64,000 bases of DNA from a bacterium (GTDB lineage Bacteria; Hinthialibacterota; Hinthialibacteria; Hinthialibacterales; Hinthialibacteraceae): positions 768,001 through 832,000 of the forward strand of contig CAXXMV010000008.1 in assembly GCA_963662285.2 (NCBI GenBank). The letters are read 5' to 3'. Each line of letters begins with the position of its first letter. Positions within the stretch are counted from its first letter, which is position 1. Positions 40,135 to 50,838 of this stretch are shown one piece after another. Both the position numbers and the translations under genes were made by a program. The notes below the pieces were generated by a model. That model searched no databases, was not told the DNA's origin, and saw nothing but the letters and a program-made list of their open reading frames with translations.

Positions 40135-43100
40135 CTACTCCTCAACCACAGCCTTATAAGTAATGACGTATTGCTCGCCTTGTTGGATGTCGGTAAACCT
40201 GATTCCACTGCGTGAATTGGATGCTGCGATATACCAATTGACGGGATTTTCTGCGTCCGGGCTTCCTTCAACTAAACGCTGGATAGACAGGTTCTTGCCT
40301 TCATTTTCCAACCATAACTGCGGCGCATCAAAGTATTCCAGCAGAATGGGGCCGTCGTCAGTTTTCATGATATCAATACTAACTTGTTCATTCGATATCC
40401 AATGGATGCTGCAATCAATCCTTTTATTGGAACGCAATATGGGCGTTAGAGGCTCAAGTTGATTCACTTCAGTAACCGCAAGACAGGCGGTATTTCTATG
40501 ACTGGAATGCTCATTAGCCCAGCGGTGCATCATGCCGTCAGTGGAGTATTTACCTCCACGGATCAAGTTGCCATCCCTGCTATGCAGGAAATCCGACTTG
40601 GCAGTGCTTTGCATACTGAAGGTTCCATCACCCAAGGCGCCGATCAGCGAGAATAAGCCAGTCTTGGCGTTCCGCGCCAGAAAACCATCACGGGCGATCA
40701 CGATATCCATGCCGTCATCGCCTTCAATATTCCAGGTTCCGGTGCAGCGGTTGGCGAATATTTCCAAACCATCAGTATATTGAATCCTGACTCTAACCGC
40801 TTTATCTTCAAGGTTTTTCAATAAAACTTCATCAACGCTCATCTCATTATGAACGTCAATTTCGGTATAATACCCGATTTTAACCACGTCATTACTGCGA
40901 TTAAGATATTCACGCGCCACAGGTTGAATAAGTACAATGGTTTCCATCAGATAACGCCGCATATCACGCGCATTGAATCCGGGAAACCAGACATCACCTG
41001 AAATCATCGGCGCCCGCCCGAAAGCCAGGGTAGACGTCATATATTGATCCAAGGGGAACAATCGAACATCAGTCGGAGTATTGGACTTGTTTTTTTGGTA
41101 AAAAGTTTCATAAGAGCCAAAGCCGATCCGCGGCCCCACCAGGCGTCCACAGCGGATATCTTCATCAACCAGGTTATTCATATTACTCATCTTATCACGG
41201 GAGGCGGCGATTCCGCCGAACAAATAAGATGAATACATATCAAATCGCGCATCAAGATCATTCCACGCCAGTAAAAGAGGCTCGCCGGCAAACTTTTTGA
41301 TAGACGAAATATGCTTCCTGGCTTGTAGAGCCGCTTCATTGGATGATGGAATTTTCAAACCCAGCATCTTATAATATAAAGATGAGTGTGAAATCTGGTC
41401 AAAACCAAGCGGCGCATCCAACATTAAGCCGCTGCGATGCATTTTACGATCACAATCAGTGATATATTTATGTAATGCTTCCACCGATGTTCCAACTAAA
41501 TCATCCTTAAACAATAAAAATTGAAGATTGGCAATGGATTGGCCGTTAAGCAATGTCGCCGGATCAGGCAACCCAATTTGCTTTGTTTCAACAACCGGGA
41601 TTACTAAATTATGGCGTTCTTTTTCTTTACGGGTTATCTCAAGTAGATTGACGGAAGCGCCCCAGATTTCTGAACTATGCCGCATTGCAGGCGATGGCGC
41701 CAAACGGGCGTAATCGCTCCATCCGCGAACCAGAAAGGCTAAATCAGAGAGTCCCATGCCATGCAGTTGATCAAAAAAGCGTCCCGCCTCTTTATATACA
41801 TCTCCCGAATATCCCGAACGGCATACCAGGGTTGATGAATTTTGAAATGACCGGGTAAAGGGGCTTTGCCATTGCGTAAGTTCTGCATTCCAGACCATTA
41901 AGCGACGATCCGCGCCTAAACGTTGCTCGTAATACCAGCCGTTTTCCCCCTGGATATTGGAAAAATCCCGGTAAGAACTGAAATCATTATTGTTATGAAC
42001 CAACTCAACATCCAATACAACCTGGCCGCCATCCATGATGGCCGATCCGGACACAGTGAATAAAAGTTGATCGCCCTTTTCTATGGGAAAATCGCCTTCC
42101 ATACCAGCTGCTTTTTTGTCTGATGAATCCAGAACCTGCGAAAAAAGGACGCGCTCCCGGTCAGTTTTTGCTTCCAGAAGCACTACAGAACCGACTGCGA
42201 AATCGCCGCCCTGCAACTGAAAAACTCCCTTAAGTTTTATATTGCCCGACTCAGGAACTTCCCATCGGCGAATAGTCTCAACCGGCGCCAGTGAATATTG
42301 CGCGAATGGCGCATTATCAATATCAACAATCACCTTATCCCGAATGGAATCAGCGCCTTTGGTGGAAGTTGACACTGAAGGCAATACATCAGTAACATGG
42401 TTGCTGATAGTAAGATATGAAACCACGTCCAATGGTTGACGAATCCCGCTGGCATCTGCAACCAGCCACGCTGGAGTATTGGACACCTGCATGGCGCGCC
42501 GGTCAATTTCCGCGGTCATTTCATAATGGCCGGTGCTGCTCAATAGGGGGTCAACGTAGGTCGAGAAAAAGTACTTGTCATTTATTTGGGTGACCGGCAA
42601 TGGGATCGACGGAAAATTAATTATCTTGGGTGAAGAAATCAAGCGGTTTTTACCAATATCAAATCCGGCGTAATAGGCTGATGTGGAATTAGTTACAACG
42701 CCAGTGGCATGAATAATCAAAGTCTTGCCGCTAATTGAAAATTTATAGGCTTTGCTGAGAGATTGATCTTTAAATATCTCTTCAAACTGAAAAAGAACGC
42801 CATTATCCTTAATTTCATGAGATATCAACCGGACAGCGCGGTCTTTGCTATTCTCTGCGGGAAGCCAGTCTTTTCCGCTGGCATCCCGGATAATGGCGCC
42901 GCCCTGATATATCGGGATAATTCGCTCTGTTTCTCCAATCATTACCCGGACGCTGATCATACCCCGGAGCAAACTGCTATCATTGTTCTTTATATTATAG
43001 ATAAGATCAATGGAATCATCTTTATATCCAAGATTGTATTCATCCGCTTCTTTATTATAGATAACCGAATTATTTTTGGTCGAATCGTTCCGGGCGGAAA

Positions 43101-43194
43101 CCGGAGCTAAACTGGAGCCGGGATTCAATGCATCGGCTCTTAAAACGCAACAAGAAAAAATGGCCATCCATATCAAACTATTCCGTAATTTCAT
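40135..43194 (-). CDS. Large secreted hypothetical protein
   Basis: About 1020-aa ORF with signal peptide; DFSNIQGENGWYY motif; no function assigned. Confidence 0.65.
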   Translation of the reverse strand: MKLRNSLIWMAIFSCCVLRADALNPGSSLAPVSARNDSTKNNSVIYNKEADEYNLGYKDDSIDLIYNIKNNDSSLLRGMISVRVMIGETERIIPIYQGGAIIRDASGKDWLPAENSKDRAVRLISHEIKDNGVLFQFEEIFKDQSLSKAYKFSISGKTLIIHATGVVTNSTSAYYAGFDIGKNRLISSPKIINFPSIPLPVTQINDKYFFSTYVDPLLSSTGHYEMTAEIDRRAMQVSNTPAWLVADASGIRQPLDVVSYLTISNHVTDVLPSVSTSTKGADSIRDKVIVDIDNAPFAQYSLAPVETIRRWEVPESGNIKLKGVFQLQGGDFAVGSVVLLEAKTDRERVLFSQVLDSSDKKAAGMEGDFPIEKGDQLLFTVSGSAIMDGGQVVLDVELVHNNNDFSSYRDFSNIQGENGWYYEQRLGADRRLMVWNAELTQWQSPFTRSFQNSSTLVCRSGYSGDVYKEAGRFFDQLHGMGLSDLAFLVRGWSDYARLAPSPAMRHSSEIWGASVNLLEITRKEKERHNLVIPVVETKQIGLPDPATLLNGQSIANLQFLLFKDDLVGTSVEALHKYITDCDRKMHRSGLMLDAPLGFDQISHSSLYYKMLGLKIPSSNEAALQARKHISSIKKFAGEPLLLAWNDLDARFDMYSSYLFGGIAASRDKMSNMNNLVDEDIRCGRLVGPRIGFGSYETFYQKNKSNTPTDVRLFPLDQYMTSTLAFGRAPMISGDVWFPGFNARDMRRYLMETIVLIQPVAREYLNRSNDVVKIGYYTEIDVHNEMSVDEVLLKNLEDKAVRVRIQYTDGLEIFANRCTGTWNIEGDDGMDIVIARDGFLARNAKTGLFSLIGALGDGTFSMQSTAKSDFLHSRDGNLIRGGKYSTDGMMHRWANEHSSHRNTACLAVTEVNQLEPLTPILRSNKRIDCSIHWISNEQVSIDIMKTDDGPILLEYFDAPQLWLENEGKNLSIQRLVEGSPDAENPVNWYIAASNSRSGIRFTDIQQGEQYVITYKAVVEE

Positions 43195-43294
43195 CACTAA
43201 TTGCTTCCTTGTATATAAGATACGTTGTAACAGTTCAACCACATGAATTAATAACATAATAACTATGCTTTATACAAAGTGTTTATGCCAGAAT

Positions 43295-43381
43295 TCTCCC
43301 CCCAAGTTTGGGGGGAGTTAGAGGGGGGTTGCGTTTCGACGGATCAACCCCCACCTAACCTCCCCCAGGCTTGGGGGAGGG
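43295..43381. repeat. Palindromic dispersed repeat (CCCCCAAG..TTGGGGG family)
   Basis: Two inverted hairpin units; related copies near 34990, 49203, 53490, 53597/54049 and 55752. Confidence 0.7.
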
Positions 43382-43512
43382 ATAATGCGCTTTTTCAAAC
43401 GACCCTTTATATTGCGTGATTCGTCAAAGTAGTGTTTCATACTAGTAAAACGATTCTAAATTATTAACCGTTTCGGTTTGATTCATATTATGCCGAAATC
43501 TATGATAAAACT

Positions 43513-44298
43513 ATGCGAAACATACGTCTCGACCTTGAGTATGATGGACGAAACTATTGCGGGTGGCAATGGCAGCCAAACCAGCTCACCATCGAACAAA
43601 CCCTCAAAGAAGCCATAGAAAAACTGCTTTGCAGCAAAATCAAGTTATTTTCTTCCGGTCGGACTGATTCTGGAGTACACGCCGAGCAGCATGTGGCTCA
43701 TTTCTTTTCAGATACAACATTAAGGCATAAAAACCTGCTCGGCGGCCTGAATTCTATTCTGCCGGATGATATAGCAGTATACCGCGTACTGGATATGCCG
43801 CACGATTGGAGCGCACGCTACGACGCCATCGAACGCGAATACCGCTACACATTCTACTGCAATCCCTACCCCAACGTCTTTTTTAAGCCCTGGACTTATC
43901 ATGTGAAATATCCCATTGACGTGGAAGCCATGCGCAAGGCGGCCAAATATTTAGAGGGCGAACACGATTTCACCTCGTTCCGCAGCACCCATTGCGATGC
44001 GGATAACCCGGTGCGCACCATGCTCGAATTATCCTTCAGGCAAAACGGCGACCTGCTGCATTTTGTGGTAAGGGGACATGCTTTCCTGCGCCATCAGGTC
44101 AGAACATTCGCAGGCACTCTGCTGGAAGTAGGATTGGGTAGATTAGACCCCGACGCCATCCCCGGCATATTGGAAGCCAAAGACCGCCATAAAGCAGGCC
44201 ACACCATAGCAGCGCATGGATTAACCCTGGTGGCAGTGCGTTATGAATGCGACCACGAACGTTTCAAGGATGAAAAACGCCCGCTTCGCTTCCCGTAA
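43513..44298 (+). CDS. truA: tRNA pseudouridine(38-40) synthase
   Basis: YDG..Y.GWQ.Q, GRTDSGVHA, GEHDFTSF, FLRHQVR. Confidence 0.95.
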   Translation: MRNIRLDLEYDGRNYCGWQWQPNQLTIEQTLKEAIEKLLCSKIKLFSSGRTDSGVHAEQHVAHFFSDTTLRHKNLLGGLNSILPDDIAVYRVLDMPHDWSARYDAIEREYRYTFYCNPYPNVFFKPWTYHVKYPIDVEAMRKAAKYLEGEHDFTSFRSTHCDADNPVRTMLELSFRQNGDLLHFVVRGHAFLRHQVRTFAGTLLEVGLGRLDPDAIPGILEAKDRHKAGHTIAAHGLTLVAVRYECDHERFKDEKRPLRFP

Positions 44299-44394
44299 AG
44301 CCTAACCCTGTCAAATGCAATTGATTGCACCATTCGGTCGATTATACAACACATCCTTCCATCAGGGATTTGTTTTCCATTGCTAAACAAAAAC

Positions 44395-44418
44395 GCCGCC
44401 TTGAAAAACAAGGCGGCG
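44395..44418 (-). terminator. Intrinsic terminator
   Basis: cgccgccttg / caaggcggcg stem with T-tract on the minus strand. Confidence 0.65.
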
Positions 44419-44461
44419 AGGATTGATTTCTGTTATAACCCAAACATAAGGCTTTGTAGAT

Positions 44462-45292
44462 TTATACAGCAAAATTAAAAGAGATAGATGCAAAGCCCGT
44501 TGATGGTCTTTGTTGACCACCAATAGTAGTTGTTCCTTTTGCTTCGCATTTGGTATTATAACCGGCAAAAATCCAGTTCAAAGTCCATCGATTGTAATAT
44601 CCTGACCAAGTCGCTATTGCGTTGTCGAACGATTTATTTTGAACATCAGGATTATATTGAAAAGTCCGTGGTACAAACGACGCAGTTATTGATATGCTTG
44701 GAGGCCATCCTCCAACACCGACATCAACTTGAGTTAATTTTGCAAATTGCGGAACACCTGCGGTTTCTTCAAGTTTTATACCAGCAATTACTTGCTGTGA
44801 TTGTTGATCTCCCTGAGTGTTGCCTAATGTTTGACCAAGGACTTGTGCACCAATGGCTGACTTTCCTTCTGCCTTACCATATCCATTTAATGTATTAATA
44901 TAATCATAATATGCAGCGCCGCCAGTGGAAATGAATCCACCTATGCATGCTGTGTAATCTTTTGCTGTTGGATCGCCCTGACCTTGCCACTCGGTGGATT
45001 GGCTCCATTGCAATGGTCTAAAATTTGTAGTTGAAGTAGCTGCGGCGCAATTAGTCCAATCAGACCAAACCTGCAATTCGCGATAAACATAGATTACTTG
45101 CGATTGGGCTGTGATTGTTTTTATTATTTCTTTTTGAGGTCTGCTAATTTGATTTGCCCAATAAGTTATGGATGAAAGGCTTTGATAAGTAACTCCATTA
45201 AGGACTGGCGTCGACCAGGTTGCAAAAGCAGGTGTGCATGACAAAGAAAAAATTGTCATGACGAAAATACTGAATATATATGTTTTTTTCAT
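44462..45292 (-). CDS. Secreted Ser/Thr/Gln/Gly-rich hypothetical protein
   Basis: Signal peptide MKKTYIF...PAFA; AAGGA RBS. Confidence 0.65.
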   Translation of the reverse strand: MKKTYIFSIFVMTIFSLSCTPAFATWSTPVLNGVTYQSLSSITYWANQISRPQKEIIKTITAQSQVIYVYRELQVWSDWTNCAAATSTTNFRPLQWSQSTEWQGQGDPTAKDYTACIGGFISTGGAAYYDYINTLNGYGKAEGKSAIGAQVLGQTLGNTQGDQQSQQVIAGIKLEETAGVPQFAKLTQVDVGVGGWPPSISITASFVPRTFQYNPDVQNKSFDNAIATWSGYYNRWTLNWIFAGYNTKCEAKGTTTIGGQQRPSTGFASISFNFAV

Positions 45293-45305
45293 TATAGAAT
45301 TCCTT

Positions 45306-46136
45306 TTAGTTTTTAATAAAAGATTCATTCAAGGCTTCTTGTATCTTGTTGGTTTCATTTGGCATTTTGGATTGTCCGAATAGACCAATCTCTACCATTT
45401 CAATCTGGTGGTTCAATTCAGCCATACGATTGTTCAAGGCATGAAAAGTATCTTTTAAGGCTTCGTACTTTTCTAATGATTTTGTTCTGGATGTGATATT
45501 GCTATCAAATAATAACGCATAGGCAACTGTGATATTGTGCAGACGAATTGCTACTCTAACTTCTGGGGGATGCTGATCCAGGGCGGGATTTAATCCTCCA
45601 AGCGTTCCAATAACATTTTTATACTTTATGGAAATCTCTTCATTTGTTTTTTCAAGGCTCATCAAGTCAGATATTATCTCTTCAAAATCATTAATAATAC
45701 TATCTACCGTAGAGTCATTGAAATTAACAGGGGCGCAAACAAAAGTCGGATCGCTTAAAGATTGTTTGGCCCGCCCAATGAGTGCTTGGATTTCTTTATT
45801 GATTTTTTGTTTGTGTTCATGCAAGTCGTATTGATTTAGAGCCGACTCTGTTTTTGTCCATAAACTATTTAATTTTTCTTTTATAGTTGAGGATTGTTCT
45901 TCCAAAAGTAGAGATGGGCCGCATAGTTTACGCTGAAGTATGGATTTTACAAACAATCCAGCCGTATATTGACCCAGTTTTTCGTTTGTATACTCTTTCG
46001 GAGCAACGACGCGTAAAATGAAATTGGGTAAATACATTTCGATGTCGTCATTAGAGATATCTTCGATAGAACATGTTTTATATTCCTGGATAAATCCATT
46101 TGCGAATGACGCTGTTCCATTGATGGATAAATCCAT
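45306..46136 (-). CDS. Hypothetical protein (true start may lie upstream across a frameshift)
   Basis: 276-aa ORF in AT-rich DNA; frame stays open about 45 codons further upstream. Confidence 0.55.
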   Translation of the reverse strand: MDLSINGTASFANGFIQEYKTCSIEDISNDDIEMYLPNFILRVVAPKEYTNEKLGQYTAGLFVKSILQRKLCGPSLLLEEQSSTIKEKLNSLWTKTESALNQYDLHEHKQKINKEIQALIGRAKQSLSDPTFVCAPVNFNDSTVDSIINDFEEIISDLMSLEKTNEEISIKYKNVIGTLGGLNPALDQHPPEVRVAIRLHNITVAYALLFDSNITSRTKSLEKYEALKDTFHALNNRMAELNHQIEMVEIGLFGQSKMPNETNKIQEALNESFIKN

Positions 46137-46553
46137 CTCTTTTTCATACGGTTTAAGTGTTCTTGTGATGGTTGATTGTATAATCTCTATAGTCTTTTTT
46201 TCTAGAAATATATTGCGCGATGCAAGAGATTGACATTGTTGAGCGGCCAGGTCCGCTAAAAAGAGTGACTCCTATCAATAGACGCAGAAATTGCGTATAA
46301 ATGTTTCGTGACATTGATGTTCTCTTATATGATGTATTAAGTTTCCACACCGCGTAATATAGTAATATATCCCCCCCCCACACAATGTCAAGTAAAATAA
46401 CTAATATATTTATAAAACATGCTTTTTTATTTCACTGATGCGGTTTATCGATCTATAAACACAGAAAACAAAAGGAAAAAATCCTCAAACGGTCGCGCTT
46501 AATCGACCCACCAAAGAACCACCCACAACATACAACAACATCCGCTTCTACAT

Positions 46554-46588
46554 CTCCTCTCCCACCGGGAGAGGGAAAGGGTGAGGGG
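46554..46588. repeat. CTCTCCC-GGGAGAGGG-AGGGTGAGGGG palindromic repeat
   Basis: Same family as the IS481-interrupted copy at 20466/21987. Confidence 0.7.
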
Positions 46589-46728
46589 TAGTTATCTACC
46601 ACCTATTTCTTCCCATTCATAATAACCACATCATACAGGTTTGTCTTTTTCGTCAATAAGCTAAACTTGTTATATACTTAAAGTAGATTATGATCACCAA
46701 AGATTGAGCGCCAGGTTGGAGAAATAGA

Positions 46729-47301
46729 ATGAAGAAATCGCCGCACCGGATGCAACAGGCTTTCACGCTGATTGAACTGCTGGTGGTCGTAGCCATCATC
46801 AGCATTCTGGCGTCAATCGCTCTACCCAATTTTCAACACGCCCAGGTCAAAGCCCGGATATCCGCAGCCCAGGCGGAAATGATGACTCTTACCACCGCTA
46901 TCGAGTCTTATGCTATTGATAAAGGGGTTTATCCACTCGACGGCAATGATTATTTCGAAAAAAACGAGGAACTATTCGACCAATGCCGCATTCAGAAGGT
47001 TCTGACTACTCCAACGGCCTATGTTTCAGAAATCCCCGGTGATGACTTTCATAAAAAGCACATGGCTATAACTGATCCCAAAGTCACGCGCTATTTCCAA
47101 TCACGCCCCCCGTATCCCTACATATACTTCAGCAAAGACAGTTTTTTCGCTAATCATGGCGCGCCCAAGGCTTATTTCATCTTCAGCATCGGGCCGAACG
47201 CAACTTTTGATAACCATTCCACTCTGCCGGAAAATTACTTGATCTACGATCCATCCAACGGCGTCATCTCTGATGGAGACCTCCTGCGTAAAGGACCATA
47301 A
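46729..47301 (+). CDS. Prepilin-type N-terminal cleavage/methylation protein (GspG/pilin-like)
   Basis: A-FTLIELLVVVAIISILASIALPNF; C-terminal YDPSNGVISDGDL. Confidence 0.88.
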   Translation: MKKSPHRMQQAFTLIELLVVVAIISILASIALPNFQHAQVKARISAAQAEMMTLTTAIESYAIDKGVYPLDGNDYFEKNEELFDQCRIQKVLTTPTAYVSEIPGDDFHKKHMAITDPKVTRYFQSRPPYPYIYFSKDSFFANHGAPKAYFIFSIGPNATFDNHSTLPENYLIYDPSNGVISDGDLLRKGP

Positions 47302-47525
47302 GTCTTCCTGATTTTACATACTCCTATCTCCTGACTCATTTGAACCACATTTACGCAAAAAATCCATTGATTTTCCATCTTCAAAACCAGACAACCTTTT
47401 CTCAATTTTCAATCGATTCACCCGACTACTATTAACACCACCTACTCTATTATGCTACAATTCAATTTCTACGAACGCTATTTTTTAGCGTTGGTGATAA
47501 TAAAAAATATCAAGGAGAATTGATT

Positions 47526-49142
47526 ATGAAGAAGTTTATTGTATTGATGCTTGTATTAATTGTATGCAGTATCGCATTCGTTCCGAGTTCCAACGCGATA
47601 AATCCAGACTCTTATTCACTCATTCTGCAAGATATTTACAATGATTATTTCTATTTCAACGAAATAAATTCTTTCAGATCCGGTTATAAGCTTTACGAGG
47701 GAAAATGGATTGCAACAAGTCCGGAATTCAACTGTACATTGATGTACAATGAATCGACCAAAGAAATAACTCTATGCGCTGATTATATTTATGACCAGGT
47801 ATTTTTTTACCGGTTACACTACAAAAGCCCTAATTATTTCTATGGAGCATTTACATATCTTAGAGATAAGTACGGCAATAGAGTCAGGTTAATGGATATG
47901 GAAATCACCAAGGGCAGCCTGCCCGGCGCCATGCCCGGCAAAACCGCAGGGCGAATTTCACCGGCGGATATTATTCTGCAACAGGAAGGCGATCCCAATA
48001 CCTTAAAACTGGGCGCCCTGATTCCCCTGAGCGGCGAATTGGCCTCAATGGGAGAAGCCTTCGCCAAGACGCTTGAAGTGGCGCAAGAAGACGCCCAGGA
48101 ATATCTCAACCAGTCGGGCAGCGAGCTTTCAGTGGAGTTATTGGTTGAAGACAACCAGACCAATCCGGGCGACAGTTATCATAGAATCCAGGATTTACGC
48201 GCCAAAGGCGTCAACATTTTTCTGGGTCCGCAGGATAGTAGTTCGGTGGATTACATGAAGCAGTTCGCCGATGCTGAGGATTACCTGCTGTTTTCCAGTT
48301 CATCTACAGCTATCGGGCTTTCTCTGCCTAATGATAACGTGATGCGCTGCATTAGTGACGATACTCACCAGGCGGCGGCGCTTATTGAACAAGCGCAAGA
48401 TGACGGAATTACTGATCTATATATTGTCTCTAGAACCGATTTGTACGGCAACGATTTTTACCAGGCGTTGGAAAGAGGATTCATTGAAAAAGGCGGAGCA
48501 GTTAAAACTTTCCTATACAGCCGTCCCGATGCGGATATTCAAGATACTGTAGAAGCGCTGCTGACCGCAATAAGCGAGCAAACTGCACTCAATGACGGCA
48601 AAAAAGTCGGTGTTGCTCTAATCGCCTTCGATGAAGGTATCGATATCATGGAATTGGCGTCGACCGCGACTGACGCTGGCAACGTTCTCTGGTATGGCAC
48701 TGACGCTCTAGCTCAAAGCATGGCGATATTACAAAATGGCAAGGCAGCTGAGTTCGCCGCGCAAACCAATTTCACCTGCACCACTATCGGACGCCCTCAA
48801 ACTGAGGCCTTCCAAGCCGTTTCAGATAAAGTGACCGCCAAACTGGGTTACACTCCGCCTACGCTTACATTGTTGATTTATGACGCTTATCAACTGGCGG
48901 TGCGCGCCTACCAGAAAGCCGGAACCAACGAGGTTGAAACATACAAAAGCGCTTTAGCCGAAGTGGCGGAAACCTACCAGGGCATCAGCGGCGATATGAG
49001 CTTAAACGCCAATGGCGACCGGGCTGAGGGCATGTACGATTACTGGACTGTCCATGCCGAAAACGGGCAGTATTTCTGGGATTCAGATTCCAATTGGACT
49101 GGAGAACCTGTCTCAATTCTGGAATGGGCTTTGTTTGAATAG
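47526..49142 (+). CDS. Secreted protein with type-1 periplasmic binding (Leu/Ile/Val-like) domain and extra N-terminal domain
   Basis: LKLGALIPLSG, YDAY, YQGISGDMSLNANGDR; signal peptide. Confidence 0.75.
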   Translation: MKKFIVLMLVLIVCSIAFVPSSNAINPDSYSLILQDIYNDYFYFNEINSFRSGYKLYEGKWIATSPEFNCTLMYNESTKEITLCADYIYDQVFFYRLHYKSPNYFYGAFTYLRDKYGNRVRLMDMEITKGSLPGAMPGKTAGRISPADIILQQEGDPNTLKLGALIPLSGELASMGEAFAKTLEVAQEDAQEYLNQSGSELSVELLVEDNQTNPGDSYHRIQDLRAKGVNIFLGPQDSSSVDYMKQFADAEDYLLFSSSSTAIGLSLPNDNVMRCISDDTHQAAALIEQAQDDGITDLYIVSRTDLYGNDFYQALERGFIEKGGAVKTFLYSRPDADIQDTVEALLTAISEQTALNDGKKVGVALIAFDEGIDIMELASTATDAGNVLWYGTDALAQSMAILQNGKAAEFAAQTNFTCTTIGRPQTEAFQAVSDKVTAKLGYTPPTLTLLIYDAYQLAVRAYQKAGTNEVETYKSALAEVAETYQGISGDMSLNANGDRAEGMYDYWTVHAENGQYFWDSDSNWTGEPVSILEWALFE

Positions 49143-49301
49143 AGTATTATTGAACTGGCTTAAATTAACATCCCACTCTACATATCTGGTTATACCTCAA
49201 AATCCCTCTCCCCCAAGCATGGGGGAGAATTCAAGAGGGGGTTGTTTGCTATAACTTTAGATTATCTAAATGACATTATAATTGAACAGCCGTTCCAGGT
49301 T

Positions 49302-50474
49302 CTATATTTCAGCATTCCCAAGCAAACCTTCATGGAAAAAGACTGGTCTATATCCTTGCTCAGTCACCCAGCGGATAGCCGTCTCCAGGCGTTTTCCATG
49401 ATCGGGGATATGATTTTTGTAGAAAGGCCAGAAATATTGTTCATGGGTGAATAAGTCCATAATCTCAGCATTATCAGGACTTTTGGTTAGCGGCTCTAAC
49501 AAAGGTACTATCTTCTCATCCGGTACGCTATTGCAGACAATATCGATCTTCGAAAACACAATACCGCTTTCAAAATCTTTCAGGGCGTCATGATGAGCCA
49601 AATAAGCGGAGCGTTCATCATCCAACAGGTAATTAACATCCCAGCCGGTGCTGACCCGGCTGAAATAACCGCTGAGCGCCCGGACTCCCCGTTGAGCGAG
49701 CGGCTTCAGAGCGCCGGGTTGAACCATCCCCCAATGGATCACAGTGGGCGGCGAGTAGACCGATTCTCCCGCAAAGCGATCAATCTGTTCGGCCACCAGA
49801 TCTAGGTCGCCGATCAGTTTCGACGCCGAAGCAAGCTGATAGGGGCGATCGGGCAGATTGGCGTAGGCGTGGAACGCGAGTTTCAACCAATCAGCGTTAT
49901 CCTGCCATTCACTCTTATATTTATCCGGGAACTGGGGCAATTCAAAGCCATCTTCGGTTGTGTAGTAAATATTCAACACAAAGCGGGTTCCATAATTCTT
50001 ATTGAGGTCACGCAGGATTTTCAAATAAAAACAGTCAAAGAGTGATTTGTATTGTTTTTGGGCGATATCGCGCAGAAAAAAACTGTTGTCATCAATGGAA
50101 AAACGGTAACGGGGGAACGAGCCTTTATCCCACACTACCCGCACCCGGTGTTCAAGACGCCCCTGACTGCCTTCTGAAACAGCGGTGATATCGGTCTCTG
50201 CATCGGTAAGCGTCACAGAAGCAATAAACTGATTCCCTTCCCGCCGGGCTGGTTTACCGTTGACAATAACTATATCACGCAAGGGCGCTTCGCCTCGCAC
50301 CTCGGTATGCAAACCGCCATTCTCTATCTTCCCATGACGTTGATTCAACACCGCTCCATGAAAAGGCTGATTGATCCGAACCACCGCTCCCGCCTGCGAC
50401 GATGCGCTGCACAGCGTTATCCCCAAAGCTCCCGCCGATGTGAGTTGAACAAAATTTCTTCTATTAATAGACAT
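49302..50474 (-). CDS. Tat-exported hypothetical protein with polysaccharide deacetylase-like domain
   Basis: NRRNFV Tat motif; FSIDDN, LAFHA, FTHEQYF. Confidence 0.65.
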   Translation of the reverse strand: MSINRRNFVQLTSAGALGITLCSASSQAGAVVRINQPFHGAVLNQRHGKIENGGLHTEVRGEAPLRDIVIVNGKPARREGNQFIASVTLTDAETDITAVSEGSQGRLEHRVRVVWDKGSFPRYRFSIDDNSFFLRDIAQKQYKSLFDCFYLKILRDLNKNYGTRFVLNIYYTTEDGFELPQFPDKYKSEWQDNADWLKLAFHAYANLPDRPYQLASASKLIGDLDLVAEQIDRFAGESVYSPPTVIHWGMVQPGALKPLAQRGVRALSGYFSRVSTGWDVNYLLDDERSAYLAHHDALKDFESGIVFSKIDIVCNSVPDEKIVPLLEPLTKSPDNAEIMDLFTHEQYFWPFYKNHIPDHGKRLETAIRWVTEQGYRPVFFHEGLLGNAEI

Positions 50475-50838
50475 AATCAAAGATTCACCAATTTTTTGAT
50501 TGATTATAACATATCCTTATCTTAATCCCTTGATAAAATCAATTTTTTGTTGAAAAGATGCCAGAAATACTCCTTCTGTACACAATTTTTCTATCGAAAC
50601 ATCGCTTTGATCTTTATTTTCATCCGGATTATATGACATAATACTATAATGAAGAAAACAATAGAGCGCTTCTCAAAAATATGTTCGTTTAATATCACGT
50701 TTGGTCTTCATATAAGCTGATTTTTATGGCTTCTACGAATCGTCAATCAGAACATTATTATGACAACTACTCTAGTAATAGAAAAAGAATTGTAATTAGT
50801 GTGTACAGATTCAACACCGCAGAAATGGGAGAAAAAAA

